This document shows, one piece after another, positions 10,501-24,789 of a stretch of 64,000 nt of DNA. Source of the DNA: Callorhinchus milii (lineage: Eukaryota); assembly GCF_018977255.1 (NCBI RefSeq), contig NW_024704769.1:4340001-4404000 (forward strand), in the 5' to 3' direction. Below the pieces are notes generated by a model that did no database searches, was not told the origin of the DNA, and was given only the letters and a program-made list of their open reading frames with translations. The position numbers were made by a program, and so were the translations under genes. The stretch's first letter is position 1. Every line of letters starts with the position of its first letter.

Positions 10501-13021
10501 CCCTGAGCAATGTCCCGAGACTGCTGCTCCAGAGCAACCAGCACATTGCAGGTTTTGTAGTCAAAGCCTAAACACAAGAGAAAGGTTTGCTAAGTCACTT
10601 TCAAACTTTTTCCCAACGTGAAAGGTACTGAACCACATACAAGTTGTTATATAAACAAAGGCCTCTGTAGCAGATACACACCTTTGGAAGAATCGTCGTA
10701 TCCAATGTGCTTGATGGTTTCACGTACAATTGCCTGGTAGTCAACAGTCGCCCTGGAAGTAATCTCCCCGCACAGCAAAATCATCCCCGTCTTCGCAACA
10801 GTCTCTGGAAAGCAAGAGATCCATTCATGACTGCTCTCGCCACACCACAGCTGATAATTCACATTCTGCATTATTCACACCAAATCAAGCTCTTCCAAAA
10901 GAAAGCCTTCAACTTAATCCTAAAGTAGTTAAGCAATCTTTGTCACCACCTCCATTGGCCTAACCAGTTTGAGATAAAAATTGCTAACTGAATGAGTGTT
11001 CATTAAACCCTTTACAATCAATCATCTTGCCCCCCCACCTCTCCCCCGTAGTAATGGAGAGACTACGTGCAGCATTGCAGGTTTACGTTGAAAGCCTTAG
11101 GGAAGGAACACTGAACAAAATAGGCACGTTCACATTTAAATACCTAGCAGTTAAATGCTCACCGTGATTCAGCATTGAAACGATTGCAAAGGTGAACAAT
11201 GTCAAGGCATCACAGGAATTCACAGCTCATTTCCATAACTTACCACAAGCAACTTTTGCATCTGGGTCTTGTTTGAGATGAGCATCCAGCACAGCATCGC
11301 TTATTTGATCACAGATTTTATCTGCAAAAACAAGACCCAATTTAGCCAGCCAAACGCTATAAAACTACTATAAAATTTGATTACCATTTTTTTCCCCCCC
11401 AAACCAGGGAAAACAAACTGTACTTGATTCGCTGTGAAAGGCTGACTTATTTTGCCTGTATTATTTCAGTCACGTTGGGCATAAACAAAAGTGCAACACA
11501 CTCCGCTTTGTTGCCCGCGTCAACAGAAACTGGACGTGATCCTAGAAATTAAAAAAAGGGTTTTGCGGTGGTTTGGCGACACGAGAGAATCCCAAACGAA
11601 TGCCTGTGTGTGCGCGCGTGGGGGGGGGGGGGGGTGTGTGGGGGGGTCGTGTGCGAGATGGTTGGATCTCACACCCACCACCCAATCCCGTGACCTGCAC
11701 AAACCACATCCAAGACTGCCTGTGGGACGCCGCTGCCGCGTTCCGCCCGCAAAACACGCAGTCACTCGACCTCACGGCGGGCCCTGCGCAGCGCTTCGAG
11801 GCGTCCCGACGAGGCGATGGGGCGCCAGGTCAAACGCACGGATTGTCATCACCGTCGTCGCCGTCCTCCGTAACCTCTAAATATTACGACCTTTCGCAGC
11901 GGAATCTCTCTCTCGGCGCTCAAAACGCACACCGGTCCCCCCCCCCAACCCCCCACCCTCGGGGTCGGGCGAAGCTCGGAGTGAGGACCAAACCAACCAA
12001 CACCTCAGCCCTTTGCCTCAAGACTTCCACCACCACCAGAGCAGCCACGTTTGCTGTCCCCTCATGTCAAGCCGGCGGCTCCCTCCATTGGCCGGCCGAG
12101 CTGTCACTCAACGGGGGAGGGGGACTGACAGCCAGAGGGCGGCGAGCGATTGGTCGGCGCTCGCACTCCCGTCCCGCCCTCCCCCCCCATCACCCGAATC
12201 CCGATTGGCTCCGGGGGAGATCGACAGCTTCGAGCCGGGGCTCCCATTGGTCAGAGCGGGTGTCAATCAACCACCACGTGGGGGCGAGGGAGAGGAGTCC
12301 CGCCCCCCCCGGGTCCCGAGACGGTTAAAAAAAAGCCGCTGAGGCAAATGGCGCCGAGCGAGAGCCTCTGTAGAATGGGGGGGGGGGGGGGGGGGCGTTA
12401 GCCAGAGCGCGGGGACGGGAGGGGGTTACGTGATGATACCACATCCAGGCCGTTACCCCCCCCCCCTCCCGCCCCGAACACCCGGTCCCGCCCTATAAAC
12501 CGGGCCCCGTTTTGCGCCCCCAAAAAAGGAAACCGTCGCGTCGCGTGGCCGCCGCGTGAGGAGACGAGACAAGGCCGCGAGACCCCCCCCACCGACACCC
12601 CCCCCTCCTCCTCCCCCCACACCCCCACCCGCCCCCCTCAGCTCGTCAGTCACACATCCACTCCGACTCGACTCCGCCCCTCCTTCTCTCTCTCTGCCTT
12701 CCCTTCTCCTCCTTTCTCTTCTCAGGCGACGGCCGTTGTCCGGTGCCGATCGACCGCTCCGCTCGCGCCAAAAAGCCGGAGGTGTGTGTGTGGGGGGAAG
12801 AGAGGGAGAGGGGGGGGCGGTGGGGGGGGGGGCTGCGCGGAAGTCAGGCGCATGCGCGGCCGGCGAGTTGCCATGCCGACCAGACCCCCCCCCTTCTCCC
12901 TCTCTCTCTCTCTCCGCCGCCGCCGCTCACCTGGATGACCTTCTCCCACCGACTCGGAGGTGAAGAGGAACGTCCTCTCGTCCAGCAGCGACTCGTGGAA
13001 ACCGTTGATCTGACCGTTCAT
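7577..13021 (-). CDS. MAT2A: S-adenosylmethionine synthase isoform 2 (methionine adenosyltransferase 2A), 9 exons, 395 aa
   Basis: Exons (minus): 13021-12931, 11321-11244, 10804-10682, 10567-10455, 10175-10032, 9789-9571, 9140-8958, 8331-8198, 7679-7577. All GT-AG, total 1188 nt. Protein starts [36 protein letters not shown], contains GAGDQG and GGGAFSGKD, and ends [11 protein letters not shown]. The 3'UTR hairpins identify it as 2A rather than MAT1A. Confidence 0.97.
7700..7862 (-). mobile_element. Internally deleted tRNA-SINE in MAT2A last intron
   Basis: Head fused directly to tail; the (ATT)n tail ends about 20 nt from the exon 9 acceptor. Confidence 0.8.
8385..8775 (-). mobile_element. 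Same tRNA-SINE family, MAT2A intron 7
   Basis: Head at 8700-8775, tail at 8385-8460. Confidence 0.8.
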
Positions 13022-13199
13022 GGTCTCGCCGGGCGGAGAGAGTCACGTGAGTGCGTGCGGGTAGATGGTGGGGGGCGGGCGGGAGGGGGGGTGACTGACT
13101 GGCGGAGGTGGGGAGTGTGCGTTTGGCGCGACAAGGAAGGAGCGAGAGAGAGAGAAAGTGAGAGAGACAGTGAGTGCCGGGCCCGCCTTCCGCTGACCG

Positions 13200-13470
13200 C
13201 ACAGACCGGCTGCTGGGTGCAGAATATGGCAGGCGAGCCGCGGCGCCGCGCTTTATATACGGCCCGGGGACCGCGCCACTCCGCCGCGGCGCGGGGGGGG
13301 GAACCGCGCCCCCGCCCGCCCCTTCCCGCCGCGCGATCAGCGCGAAGCCGCCGCCCCTCTCCCCCCGCGCCTCCGGCCGAACGTGGACTGCTCCGTGGGA
13401 GCCGTGCGGGGCCGCGGGGGGGGCGGGGCGACGCGTCGGGTCACGTCAATCACCACGTGTTGCTCCAAAA
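13200..13470 (-). promoter_or_regulatory. MAT2A promoter / CpG island
   Basis: TATATAAA (minus, 13259-13252), GC boxes, CRE-like TGACGTGA and E-box CACGTG at 13441-13459. CpG-rich from about 11700 to 13470. Confidence 0.7.
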
Positions 13471-16400
13471 TGCCGCAGTGAGGCGCAGTGTAGGGGGGAC
13501 AGAGAGGGGGGAATGGGGGGGAGAGAGAGGGGGGGAATGGGGGGGGAGAGAGGGGGGGAATGGGGGGGGAGAGAGGGGGGGGAATGAATAGGGGTGTGGG
13601 AGAGAGGGGGGGAAGAGAGAATAAATAGAGGGGAGAGAAGGGGGAGGAATAATGGGAGGAGAAATGGAGAGGGGATGAATAGCTGTGGGAGAGAGAGAGA
13701 GGGGGAAGAAATTAATAGGGGAGGGGGAAGAGAGGAAATAAATGGGAGAGGGGGAGAGGGAATAATAGGTGGGGGGGAAACCCAGAGAGGGCGCATATTT
13801 GCATCCTCTCTTCCTCGCCCTAATCATTGTGACCAGCGACGTTTCTGGTTATCTTTCTGCAAAGAAGGTTTGGCTAATGCCACAGAATCCTCCCAGTCAC
13901 GTGTACAATCGCGGCCTCTTATAAATAACGATAATAAGGACAATCCTCGCGTTCGATATAGCGCTTTTCACGTCTTCTCGACGTCTCAGAGCGCTTCACA
14001 GAATAGGCTGTAAAGTGAATTGACCGTATATTTATGGGTGAAACGCGGCAGCAGTGTCCCCGCAAACAGTCGTGGTTTGAAAATGAACAATTTATTATTG
14101 TGTTTTATTTTGGAGGGTTTATTATTATTATTATTAGGAGTGTGGAGTATTAGGCGTGTGCCCAAGGTTTCGCTCTGCCTGGAACTGGACCCAGTTCAGT
14201 TCAGTCTCGCTTTTCACAGAGCAAACCTGGTTTACAATACAATACAGTATTATATTTACAGGATGTCTTTCACCTCGGGAGGACGTCCCAAGGCGCTGGA
14301 CAGTGAAGGGCTTAGCGTAAATTATAAAAGCTGCTGTGGATTGAGGGGGACTGGGGGTGATCAATGGATCAATGGATGCGAATCTACCAAATCTGCTTTG
14401 TTAGTAATAACAAAAAAAATTATATTTGTATAGTGCCTTTCACGTCGGGAGGACATCCCAAGGCGCTGGAAGGTACTAACTGCTTGATTTAGGTGTCAGT
14501 GTGCTTCAGCTGGGTCAGAAGGAGTCAGAGGTTTGAGGGTTCAATCCCCGCACTGGGAGCTCACATTTCCAGAGTGAATCTCCAGGGCAGAATCGGAGGT
14601 GCACTGCATTAAACCACGGCAATTCACATTTACACAGCGTCTCTCACATTGTTGGGATGATATCTCAAAATGCTTCACACTTCGCACAGCTGGTTGGGAG
14701 TCCGAGATGGTGGAGATGGTGGATCAGAACAGCAGTGGTCCTGCCTGGAACTGAGGGTGGAGGCAGAGAGACCCATGTGTTCAGTTGGACATTAAAGGTC
14801 CCATGACGCCATTGGAAAAGAGAAAGGAGTTTCTCCAGTGTCCTGGCCAACAATCCCCCAAATTAAAAAAAAATGTTACTTTACTCCATGGCTGTTTGTG
14901 GGACATTGCTGTGCTCAAACTATAGCTGCTGTGTTTCCCTATGAAGTATACTTCATGTCTGAAGTTTACAGTAATAATCCTGATCTCTTGATATGATAAG
15001 ACGCTATCTCAAAAAAAGAAAGATCCTTGTTAAGTCTTTACTCCGAAATTCAAGTCTCTAAATTTGGATTTCATTCTGCGATGGAGAACGAAATTATGGT
15101 TCAAAACAATCTGAACGAACACGAAAATCCAAACGCCAAAACAGCAGCAAGTCCAATTTTACACCTAAAGTTCATTAAAATTCAGAAAGCAGAGCGAAGG
15201 ACTAAGGTCTAAAGACCCCAATCCCTGCTTGACCCAGACACAGCTCACTCCCATGGTTATAATAATAGTAATTAACCTTGCATTTGATGTCACGTGTCAT
15301 TGAGACGTCTCAAAGCGCTTCACAGAATATATTGTAAAGTGGAGTGACTATGTATTTTGTGGGAGAGATGCAGCAGCAAGTTTGTGCACAGCAGTGTCCC
15401 ATAAACAGCCATGGAGTGAGTGTATATTTATTGGGCAATTTTTTTATCTATTCTGCTTCTATTCCTGTCCCCTGTTGTTTATGAGCAGATACTTACAAGA
15501 TATTTTATTGAAGGAGTTATTATAATAATAATTGTTGCATTTAACACAGCACCTTTCATGTCAGGAGGTCATCTCAAAGTCCTTCACAGGACACACTGTG
15601 AAGTGTAGTGACTATATTTTGTGGATGAACAATGCAGATCAAACTACTTTAGTTGAGTCTGTCCTGCAAGTGGATGGCTCTTCAGGAAGAATAAAACCTC
15701 CCAATCTCGAGCCTCATTTGAGGGTGTTTAAATGTTCTGCTGATCAGCTTCCATCCACATATATATTGTATATTATTATTACTGTCCCTCAGTGATTTCA
15801 ACATGTCTAAGTCACATCTGATCCCAGTCGTTGCTATAAGGATATCAGCTTCAGATCTGCCTCAAGCGCTTTGGGACGCTATCCTGCATGAGGGGCCCTA
15901 TATAAATGCAAATTATTGTTCTTGTTGCATTTCCCTCTTAATTTACAGATTAACAACAGCAATTTACATTTATACAGCAGCCTTTCTTCAGGGGGATGTT
16001 TCACATTGCTTCACGCAGCTTGACCTTATGATAATAATCCTTATTTTTTTGGTCAGCCAAGTGTCTTACAAATGCGGAAACCCATCACCGTTGCTTATGT
16101 TAAGAGTCTCCAAACCCAGCTGAGAGTTCCCCACATCGCAGCTACACATGGGAATCCCAGAGGTAGATTGTTGGAATGGAATACGCTCTCTCTCTCTCTC
16201 CCTGGAGGGATGCATCTTGCTTACCTAATTCCAGAGAGTATTAGGCGCAGGTTGGCAATAGCCAAGGCTTGGGGGAGCCCAGAATGTGTGCTGGGGTAAC
16301 TATTGGAGTCTTTGAGATGTCTCAATGATGTAATAAGGCGCTATACCAAATGCAAGGATTATTATATTATTATTGCCTAATGTGAAGGGGGCGATATAAA

Positions 16401-17574
16401 TGCAAGTTGTTCTGGTCCCTCCACTCGTTGCCTAGAAGTTTGCCACAAGACATCAATGCAGAAGTGGGTCTATATATTACAAGGAGTGAAACTCGGCTTT
16501 TGACTAGGGTTACATTATTACCTTAAAAGCCTCTTTGCGTTAGACAGAGAAAATCAGACGGGGGAACCAGAATGTGTGGTAACTAACAGGTCCCCAAGGA
16601 TACGAGGTTTCTAAGTGAGGTGATTGGTAGTTTTATTCCAGGCCTTGTAAGGAAGGCATCGAACACAGTACAAGTGTACGGGGGAGAGTGGTTTCATTGT
16701 TCAGATCGATGTTACAACTGCAGTTGCTTTAAAAGGAGCCTTCCCTCCCCAAACCGTCCAGAATATCTTAGTTCCAAACGGTGGGGGGATTTCCCTTCCC
16801 AAGGAACCTGGCAGCCAGTTTGCACACAACTACGCCCTACAAACAGCCGTGAAGTGACTGAGTGGTTTCTATCTGTTGGTCCCAGTTAGCAAAGGAAGGA
16901 TGAAATCTCTAACAATGGAATGCACCTCCTGGCACTGCGGAGCCACAGCCAAGACCGTGGGTTAACGGTCCCTGACGATGGGGGCTTGAACCCACGACCT
17001 TCTGACTGAAAGACGAGAGGGGGAGGGTGCTACCAACTGAGCCAGGCTGGCAAGTCATTTAAATTCTAATCCACTTTCCCCTGACTGTAACCGGGGCTAA
17101 ACGAGACGGCTGAAAACACATCGTGCAGAATCTTTCGCTTCACGGCTGTTTTGCGGGGAGTCACTCAGTCACTCCACTTTACAGCCTACCCTGTGAAGCA
17201 CTTTGAGACGTCTCTCCTGACATGACAGCTGCTACATCAAATGCATTAGAATGAAAGGAGAAAGCCGCAAGGGCTGATCAAACCAGCGCTGGTCTGTTTT
17301 CTGTCCACTGCAGTCGCCTGGTCTAATCCCGCTCTGCTGATTGCTCCCCTTCAATATTCTTCCTCCTCAAGCACTTGTCCAATTGCCTTTGAAAATAATT
17401 CATGGGCTTTGCTTTCATTTCAGTTTGTGGCAGAGAATTCTGCATTGCAGGGCCCCCCTCTGTGTAAGAATTTTGTTTTCTCACCCACGCACTCCCACTC
17501 GTTTTTCGGTAATCAGCTCCGAGACTGGGGTCAAATCCGGTCTCCTGCCTGGGCACTGGTTAAAGGAAGGGAGT

Positions 17575-17762
17575 TGGCTCAGTTGGTAGCACTCATTCCC
17601 TTCTTGAGTCTGACGGTTGTGGGTTCAAGCTCCGTGTCTCACACCAGGACTTTCAGTCTAAGGCTGATGCTTCAGTGCAATGATGGGGGAGCACTGCAAT
17701 GTCGGAGTTGCCGTCCTTTCGATGAGACGTTAAACCGAGACTCCCTCTGCGCCTGTTCAGGG
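17575..17762 (+). mobile_element. Deu-domain SINE (SacSINE1/AmnSINE1-like)
   Basis: tRNA head TGGCTCAGTTGGTAGCAC..GTGGGTTCAAG, then the Deu core GCCGTCCTTTCGATGAGACGTTAAACCGAG. Confidence 0.75.
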
Positions 17763-18129
17763 GGGAAAACAACAACAATAAATTACATTTACCCAACACT
17801 TTTCACGTTGGAGGGCTGTGCAAAGACGCTGGACAGTCAGGGATTTGCACCTGACTGAACAGATCTAGTTTCTGGTTCTAAATGCACCAGAACCTGCGCC
17901 CAATACTCTCTGGAATTAGGTAAGCAGCACGCATTGCTCCAGGCAGAGAGTGCGCATTTCATTTCAATAGGTACTCCCAGAATTTCCATGTGTAGGTGGA
18001 ACTCAGTTTGTTTACTCTGTTTGATACACATATTTTAAGCAAAATAAGAATGAGAAACAAATTCTGACAAATTCTGCACGTATAGACTTTGATCACACTG
18101 TCTACAATTTGTCTCCACAAATGGCTTCT

Positions 18130-18490
18130 CTTCCAGCCCCTGCAGCGTCGTTCCTCAGGGCTCTGCCCTCGGTCCTCTCCTCTTCAACACGTACATGTTC
18201 TCTCTTGGTGACATCATCCGCAGACTTTGGGTCTGTGGGTGACACGTACATGGCTGACACCCGACTGTACCTCTCTGCGTCCACCCTTGACTCCAGGACT
18301 CACTGTTGTCCTGAAAGTCCTGGATGAGAGCTACCTTTCTTCATTTAAACATCAATAAGATCAAGGCCCTCCTGATTGGCTTCCATCAGCGCCTCCATGC
18401 CTTGGGCGCTGACAGCATCACCATCCGTGGATGCACACTGCACCTCACTGAGCCAGTCCGGAACCTCAGAGTCTTGTTTGACCCTTTGAC
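18130..18490 (+). mobile_element. Degenerate L2-type LINE reverse transcriptase fragment
   Basis: [20 protein letters not shown] (YADDTQLY-like) and WMRATFLHLNINKIKALLIG across frameshifts. Confidence 0.7.
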
Positions 18491-20904
18491 TCTAGATGTG
18501 TGTTCTACCCACATCTGCGCCCTGACCTGGGGAACGATTATTACTCCCAGAAAGCCAATCGACTAATAACCGGGTACCTACTTGCTGTTAGGTAAACAGA
18601 GACGTGTGTGTAGAGTAAGGACATTTGCCTAAGGTCTCGTCCTGCCTGGGAATCAAACCCGTGTCCTCTGGCTAACCACTACGCTACAGGGACTCCAATG
18701 TGTCTGTGATAGGGAATGAGCTGGCAGGCGCTGGAGGTCTTATTCAGCGTGTTTTGTGACTGTCACTACTGAGAAAGTATGAAATGTGCCCTAATCCCAC
18801 CTAATCCCTGCCTGAGCTCAGTGTTGCCGCTTGGAAACTGGCTTCTTTCCTGAAATCTGCACAGCTAATCCTCGCCAGTCTACAGCCACAGAACCAGCAC
18901 AGTTTAGCCTCAAACGCCACAGCGAGTTAATGAAGCTTTAAATCAGTCACAAGAGTTAGTCCTCTCTTCTCGCTGTGAAAATCAAGCCTGACCATCTAAA
19001 CCAGACACGTCCCAATCCTGTTAACTCTCCGCTCTCTGGCACACTCTGCTTTCCCTGAACAGTCACACCAAACTACAGGGAGAACTCAGCACCTTATCAT
19101 GACTCAAAATGCTTTACAGTCATTACTGTTTCAAGTCTAATGACTGCTCGAGGGCAAGCGGGCACAAACAGGTAACACAATCAGCTGTGAACCAATTAAT
19201 TTGGATTCCTGGCCAGGATCCTAGGAGAAACTCCTTTCTCTTTTCGAGTAGCACTATGGGATCCAGCTGAACAAGCAGATAAGACCTTGGTTTAATGTCT
19301 CATCCGAAGGACTTCAATCCGACAATGCAGTATTGCTTTACAGTGTCAGCTTAGACCCAACATGGCGCTTGATCCCACAACCTTATGAATCTAAGGTGAG
19401 AGTGCGCTGAGCCAGGCTGGGTAAAGGACAAAAATAATAACAATAATATTCCTTGCATTTGATACAGCGCCTTATCGTGTCTTCAAGACGTCACAAAGCG
19501 CTTCACAGAATAGACAGTAAAGTGAATTGACTGTATATTTGTGGGAGAAACGCGGCAGCCAATTGCGCACAGTGGTGTCCCCGCAAACAGGCAGGGATTA
19601 AGTGACCAAATTATTATTTACTTATTTATTTATTTATTTTCTTGAGTGATTATTATTATCAGGCGTGTGGAATAAGGAAACTTGACCAAGGTTTCGCCTT
19701 GCTGGGAACCGAACCCAGGACCTCTCGCTTGCGAGGCGAGTGCTCTGGGTGAATGTGACATGATGTTTGTTGGGTTTCGTTGACCCATTTGTTTGAAAGG
19801 CAGATCGCTCCCGTCTGTACTAAACCTTCCTGGAACGCTTTAGTGAAAGAGCTTTTGTGTCAACATGGGAGAGGCTGCGAATGTGATTTAGTGGAATGCA
19901 GAGTTTTCATTAGCAGCCTTTTGAGGCCCGGTTATGAAAGAGCAGTCACTGATTGCATCAGCTTCCTGGGTTGTGACCTGGTCAACAGCAACAGCTCCTT
20001 ATATACACCCTTCAGCCCCTCTGGAACTTCGCCTCACTCAAGACCTTCCTCTTCGACCGCACCTTTGGTCACCCTCCTACCCCTATCCTGCCTTTTTGTG
20101 TGTATGGAGACTTTGGCATCTTATAGAACCTGTTACTCCAGTGAGACGAGCTTCGAGAAAAGCCACATCAGAGGAGACTTTATAGACGGATGTAACATTA
20201 TAAAAGCCCAGAACGCTTTACAATCCACCAACACAGTAGAACAGGAGGACATGGGTTTAGAGTGGCAATGGGCAGTTTCACAACAGGCACCAGGAAGTGT
20301 TTCTTTACCTAAGAGGGGAATCAAACACAGGGTTGCCAGGAAGGGTGGTTGAGGCCAGGACACCGGGACTCGTTTAATAAGCAGCTCGATACTGTGATGG
20401 AGGGACGGTAGGGCGGGTGTTTTGCTTCATCCCAAACTCATTGATCTTGTGAAAGCAAGTATAAATGGCATTGCTCACTGTGTCCACCCCCAACCACAAC
20501 CTTTCACAAGGAATCTCAGACCATCGTGGGAATGAATAACGCAACCTTCCCATCCCAGCACCTGGAGGGAGAATTCTATGCACTGTTTGCTAATTCTGTT
20601 CCTTTTGTTCCCTTGTAACCACGTGTGTGTTGGGAGGTGGTGAGGGGGTCAGGGGTGGCGTGAGTAAAGTCCTTGTTTATTCTGTAGTCGCTTGTGCTAC
20701 TTTTGGCAGCAAACGGTGAGGCCACACGGATTACCCAGCGCAAAGCCCTGTGAAAAAGTGCAGTGAACTGACTGAGTGCACCTGTCTGAAGGATGGCCAA
20801 TCATCGTGTGACCCAGTCACAATACAGGCAACTGATGCAACAACTCGCCGCATGAAATCATTCGGCTCTGGCTCTGGCTGCGATGATGCAACCCTGCACT
20901 GGGA

Positions 20905-21270
20905 ATGAAGTTATCACAATATTTGACCTGGCGCCCCAACAAGTCTTCGAGACGTCTCAAAGCGCTCCACAGGACACCCTGTAAAGTGAATTGACTGTGT
21001 GTTTTGTGGGCGAAACGCGGCAGCCGATTGTGCCCAGCAGTGTCCCCGCAAATAGTCTTGGATTGAAGTGACCAAATTATTATTTTTAAGGGAATTATTG
21101 CCCTCAGAAAAGCGATCTGCCAATCGACTAACAACCGGGTTCCTACTTACTGCTGGTAGACCGGCGTGTGTGTGGAGTAAGGAAACTTGCCCAACATTTT
21201 GCTCTGCTGGGAATCAAAGCCAGGTCTCTCTTGCAAGGCGAGTGCTCTAACCACTGAGCCACAGGCCTCC
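20905..21270 (-). mobile_element. Same tRNA-SINE family, near full length
   Basis: Same head, body and tail as 33665-34035. Confidence 0.85.
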
Positions 21271-24200
21271 GTGAGAGGTATCCTGTGGTAGAGTTCAGTT
21301 ACCAGCCGTGTAAACCATAACCATGTAACAGTTAGAACTCTAACCGTGCTTTGCTATAGTGCTCAGTTGTCCTGTATGCTAACCAACGTGGATGTTAAAG
21401 ATCCCATGGCACAAGGGAAGAATTTAGTTCTGCTGTAAATCTAGAGTTAGCCTTCCAAACAGTGTTCCTTTTGTTGCTCCACACAAGCAGGCAATGGCAA
21501 GATAGATCATTATATTAAGTGGCCATGGCCTCAGTCTGACTAAACTTCGTTGGTCTCTGGCCCTCAGGCAAGCTGGCCTGACTATGTCTGACTGCCACTG
21601 GTGAAAGTGTTCTCAGTGTGAATTTCCTTTCTTCTATCGGGCTCTAAACTGCTGACGTTGCTGTTTATATATAGTTCCCGATGGTTGTAAAATAGCAGTA
21701 AATTAAGCGCCTCAGCTGTCTGAACCTGATCTGCCAGCTGTAACTGTAGCGACCCTCCATTTCAACTCACTACACACGGACTGAGCCATATGTCGAGCTG
21801 CCCCATTAACTGTATCAGATCAGGGGCAGAAACACCTCTCACACGTTTGGTGTTGGGAATTCCCTCTCCAAAGCACTCGACTTGCTTGGGCTACGTTGCT
21901 ATATGGCACTCTGGCTCAGTCGTTCGTACTCTCACCTCCGACTCTGATCCTGGGGGAAGTTTTGCATTGTCGGAGATGTTGCCCTTTGGGTTAAACGTTA
22001 AAGCGAGATTTTGTCTGCCTGTGCAGGTGGTCATTACGGAACCCCTGGCACGATTCGAAAAGTGTTGTGCCAACAATCCCTCAGATAAGATCGGTCATTC
22101 ACTCCCTGGCTGTTTGTGGGACATTGCTGTGTGCAAATTGGCTGCCGTGTTTGCCTGCAAATGTACAGTCATTCTAATGGACGAGCAGCAGGAAGCTTGC
22201 CACACCGTGCTCTCAAGAGCCAGTTTTAGCTGGTTAGACTCCAGCAGTATCCCACACTCTCGCCAATCTAAGCTTAATACTCTCTGGCATTGGGTAAGCA
22301 AGGATAGAGAGTCAGTCCGCCTTTGATTCCAGACACATGGAACTTTCCATGTGTAGGTGGCTTTCTAATCCAAAGCTCTCAGCTGGGTGTGGAAACTCTA
22401 GAGCATGTTGATGGGTTTCCACACGTGTCGGACACCCGGGTAGCTAAAGAAAATGGCTGTGTGTGTTTGTGTGGTAGTGAGCATGATTTTGCAATACAAT
22501 ACCATTTACCTTATTCACACAGTGTAGCAGGACATCAGATTGCATGATTGCAAAGCCGATTGGGCAATCGAGCAGAGTGGGGAGGGAAAGGTAACAAATA
22601 AAGCAATCAGACAGGTATTTGGTCTAATTATGGATTGGATGAGGAAATAACTAGCAACCTGATGCCAACCTCGCTGTGCCTGACACAATTAATTCTCAAA
22701 CTGTAAACAGATCTAACAGGGCTCTGTCTGACCACCTGTTTCCTATCTCCTATTCCTGGACAAACAGTGAGTGGCCACGGTTTTAATTCCATTCAAAATG
22801 GGGCAGTAAATCTAAATAAACCCATTGGTAGAGAAACTCATTTTATACCTAATTCTAAGAATTTTCATGAGAAGTGGTTTGTCACATCGAAACATCTCAA
22901 AGTGCTTCATGAGTAATAATAATAATCCTCGCTTTTCATATAGCGCTTTATCACATCGTTCAGATGTCTCAAAGCGTTTCACAGAATATACTGTAAAGTA
23001 ATTAAAGTATTCCCAGAATTTGATACAGCGCCTTTCACGTCTGGACTCACAATTCACAGCTTTCAGCCACTCTGCCCCCAACCTCTGGAACTCCATTCCC
23101 CAATCACCCCGCCTTGCCCCCCTCCTTAGCCTCCTTCAAATCCCGCCTCAAAATCCTCCTCTTTGACCATGCCACTGTCCAACGCCTTGGGACGTCCTCC
23201 CGAAGTGACAGGCGCTTCACACGTAATCTTGTTGTTGTTTCACGTCATTGAACGTGCCTTCAGGCAATGTCTCCCCAACCCTCCGTGCCCTCCACCCCTC
23301 GTGATTCCAACTCCAGCTCGGGTGCAAACCCTTCACTGGCCAACACCTTGGGATGTCCTCCTGACATGAAAGGCATCTGAGAGTACAGTACGGCACACAG
23401 ACATGGGTACAGTAGGAAACTGCTAGCCTGGCATTTGTGGGGAAGCTGGAATGAATGTCACTGCTCTCTACGGATGGTTAGAGTATGAGGTGTCTGTCCT
23501 TATAGCTCGCGTAACTGATATCATTCCTTAAAGGGGATGGAAGAACTTCAGGGCTCTCCATCTCTCTCTCTCCAACATTCCCTCCTCACCTCCCCTCTCC
23601 TCCCCTTCCCCTCTCTTCCCTCCCTCCCAACCCCTCCCTCCCTTCCCCTCACCTCCCTCCGTCCCTTCTCCTCTCCTCCCCCCTTCTCTCCTCCTTCCCC
23701 TCTCCTCCCTTACACCCCACCCCTCCTCCCCTTTCCTCTCCTCCGCTCCTTGCGATTTTCTCTAATAATGAATAATAATCCTCACATTTGATGACGTGCC
23801 TTTCACGTCAGGAGAGCGTCTCAAAGCGCTTCGCGGGATAAACTGTAAAGTGTAGTGACTGCAGCGCTTTGAGACGTCTCAACGACGTGATAAGGCGCTG
23901 TATCAAATGCGAGGATTATTATTATTACTGTTGAAAACCTACTGGTTTGCCCGAATGCCAAATATGTCAGTCTGCTGGTGAAGGTCAGCCGTTATGCAGG
24001 CTTGGCTTGCAAAGTTGCTACTGATTTTGCCTACGGATTCGCTGTGACTGAATGATGTCTCATGTCTTAGATGACAGCGCCTGTACTGTCTGCCATCACT
24101 CTCCCTGCTGACAGGCGGGCAGGCAGGCAGCTGCAGCATTCACACACATGGCTCGGTGGGAGAGTTGCCAACAGATGTGATAGCACTTTTACTGCATGTT

Positions 24201-24789
24201 GTTTCTGGCATCTCTAGGTGGTAAATCACATTCTCTGGGGGCAACAGTGCAGGAAGAGCTGTGACACTGAGGCCTTACAGTGCTCCAAGATGCTACTCGT
24301 TGGGCCATGTATAAATGCACCTTGTTCTTGTTGTTTCCTTACCCCATAGCTGTGGAGTCCTGTAGTGTAGTGGTTAGAGAGCTCGCCTCGCAAGCGAGAG
24401 GACCCGGGTGCAATTCCCAGGTGGGTCAGGGCGAAACCTTAGGCAGGTTTCCTCACTCCACACACTCGCCTGTTTACCTAGCAGTGAGTAGGAACCCGCT
24501 TGTTAGTCAATTGGCGGATCGCTTTTCAGGGGTAATAATCTCTTCAAAAACAGTAGTACAATGCCCTCCCCCCTCCTCTGCTCTTACCCATCCCATCCAA
24601 TTTCACAGGTGATGGAGAGCTGTGAGAGACTGAGTGGCTTATATCGATGTGAGAAGACTGTTTAATTCGATCTGAGCACAAAGATGGAGGTTAGGAGTTT
24701 ACAGCATGACTTCAGCAAGAGCAGGCAATGAACAATTGTAGATAAAATAAGCTATAATAACCCTTGCATTTGATACAGCACCTTTCACT

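Noticed and set aside
11573-13591. Long + strand ORFs of 251 and 282 aa
   Set aside because: Stop-poor CpG island and G-rich low complexity, antisense to MAT2A, no recognisable domain
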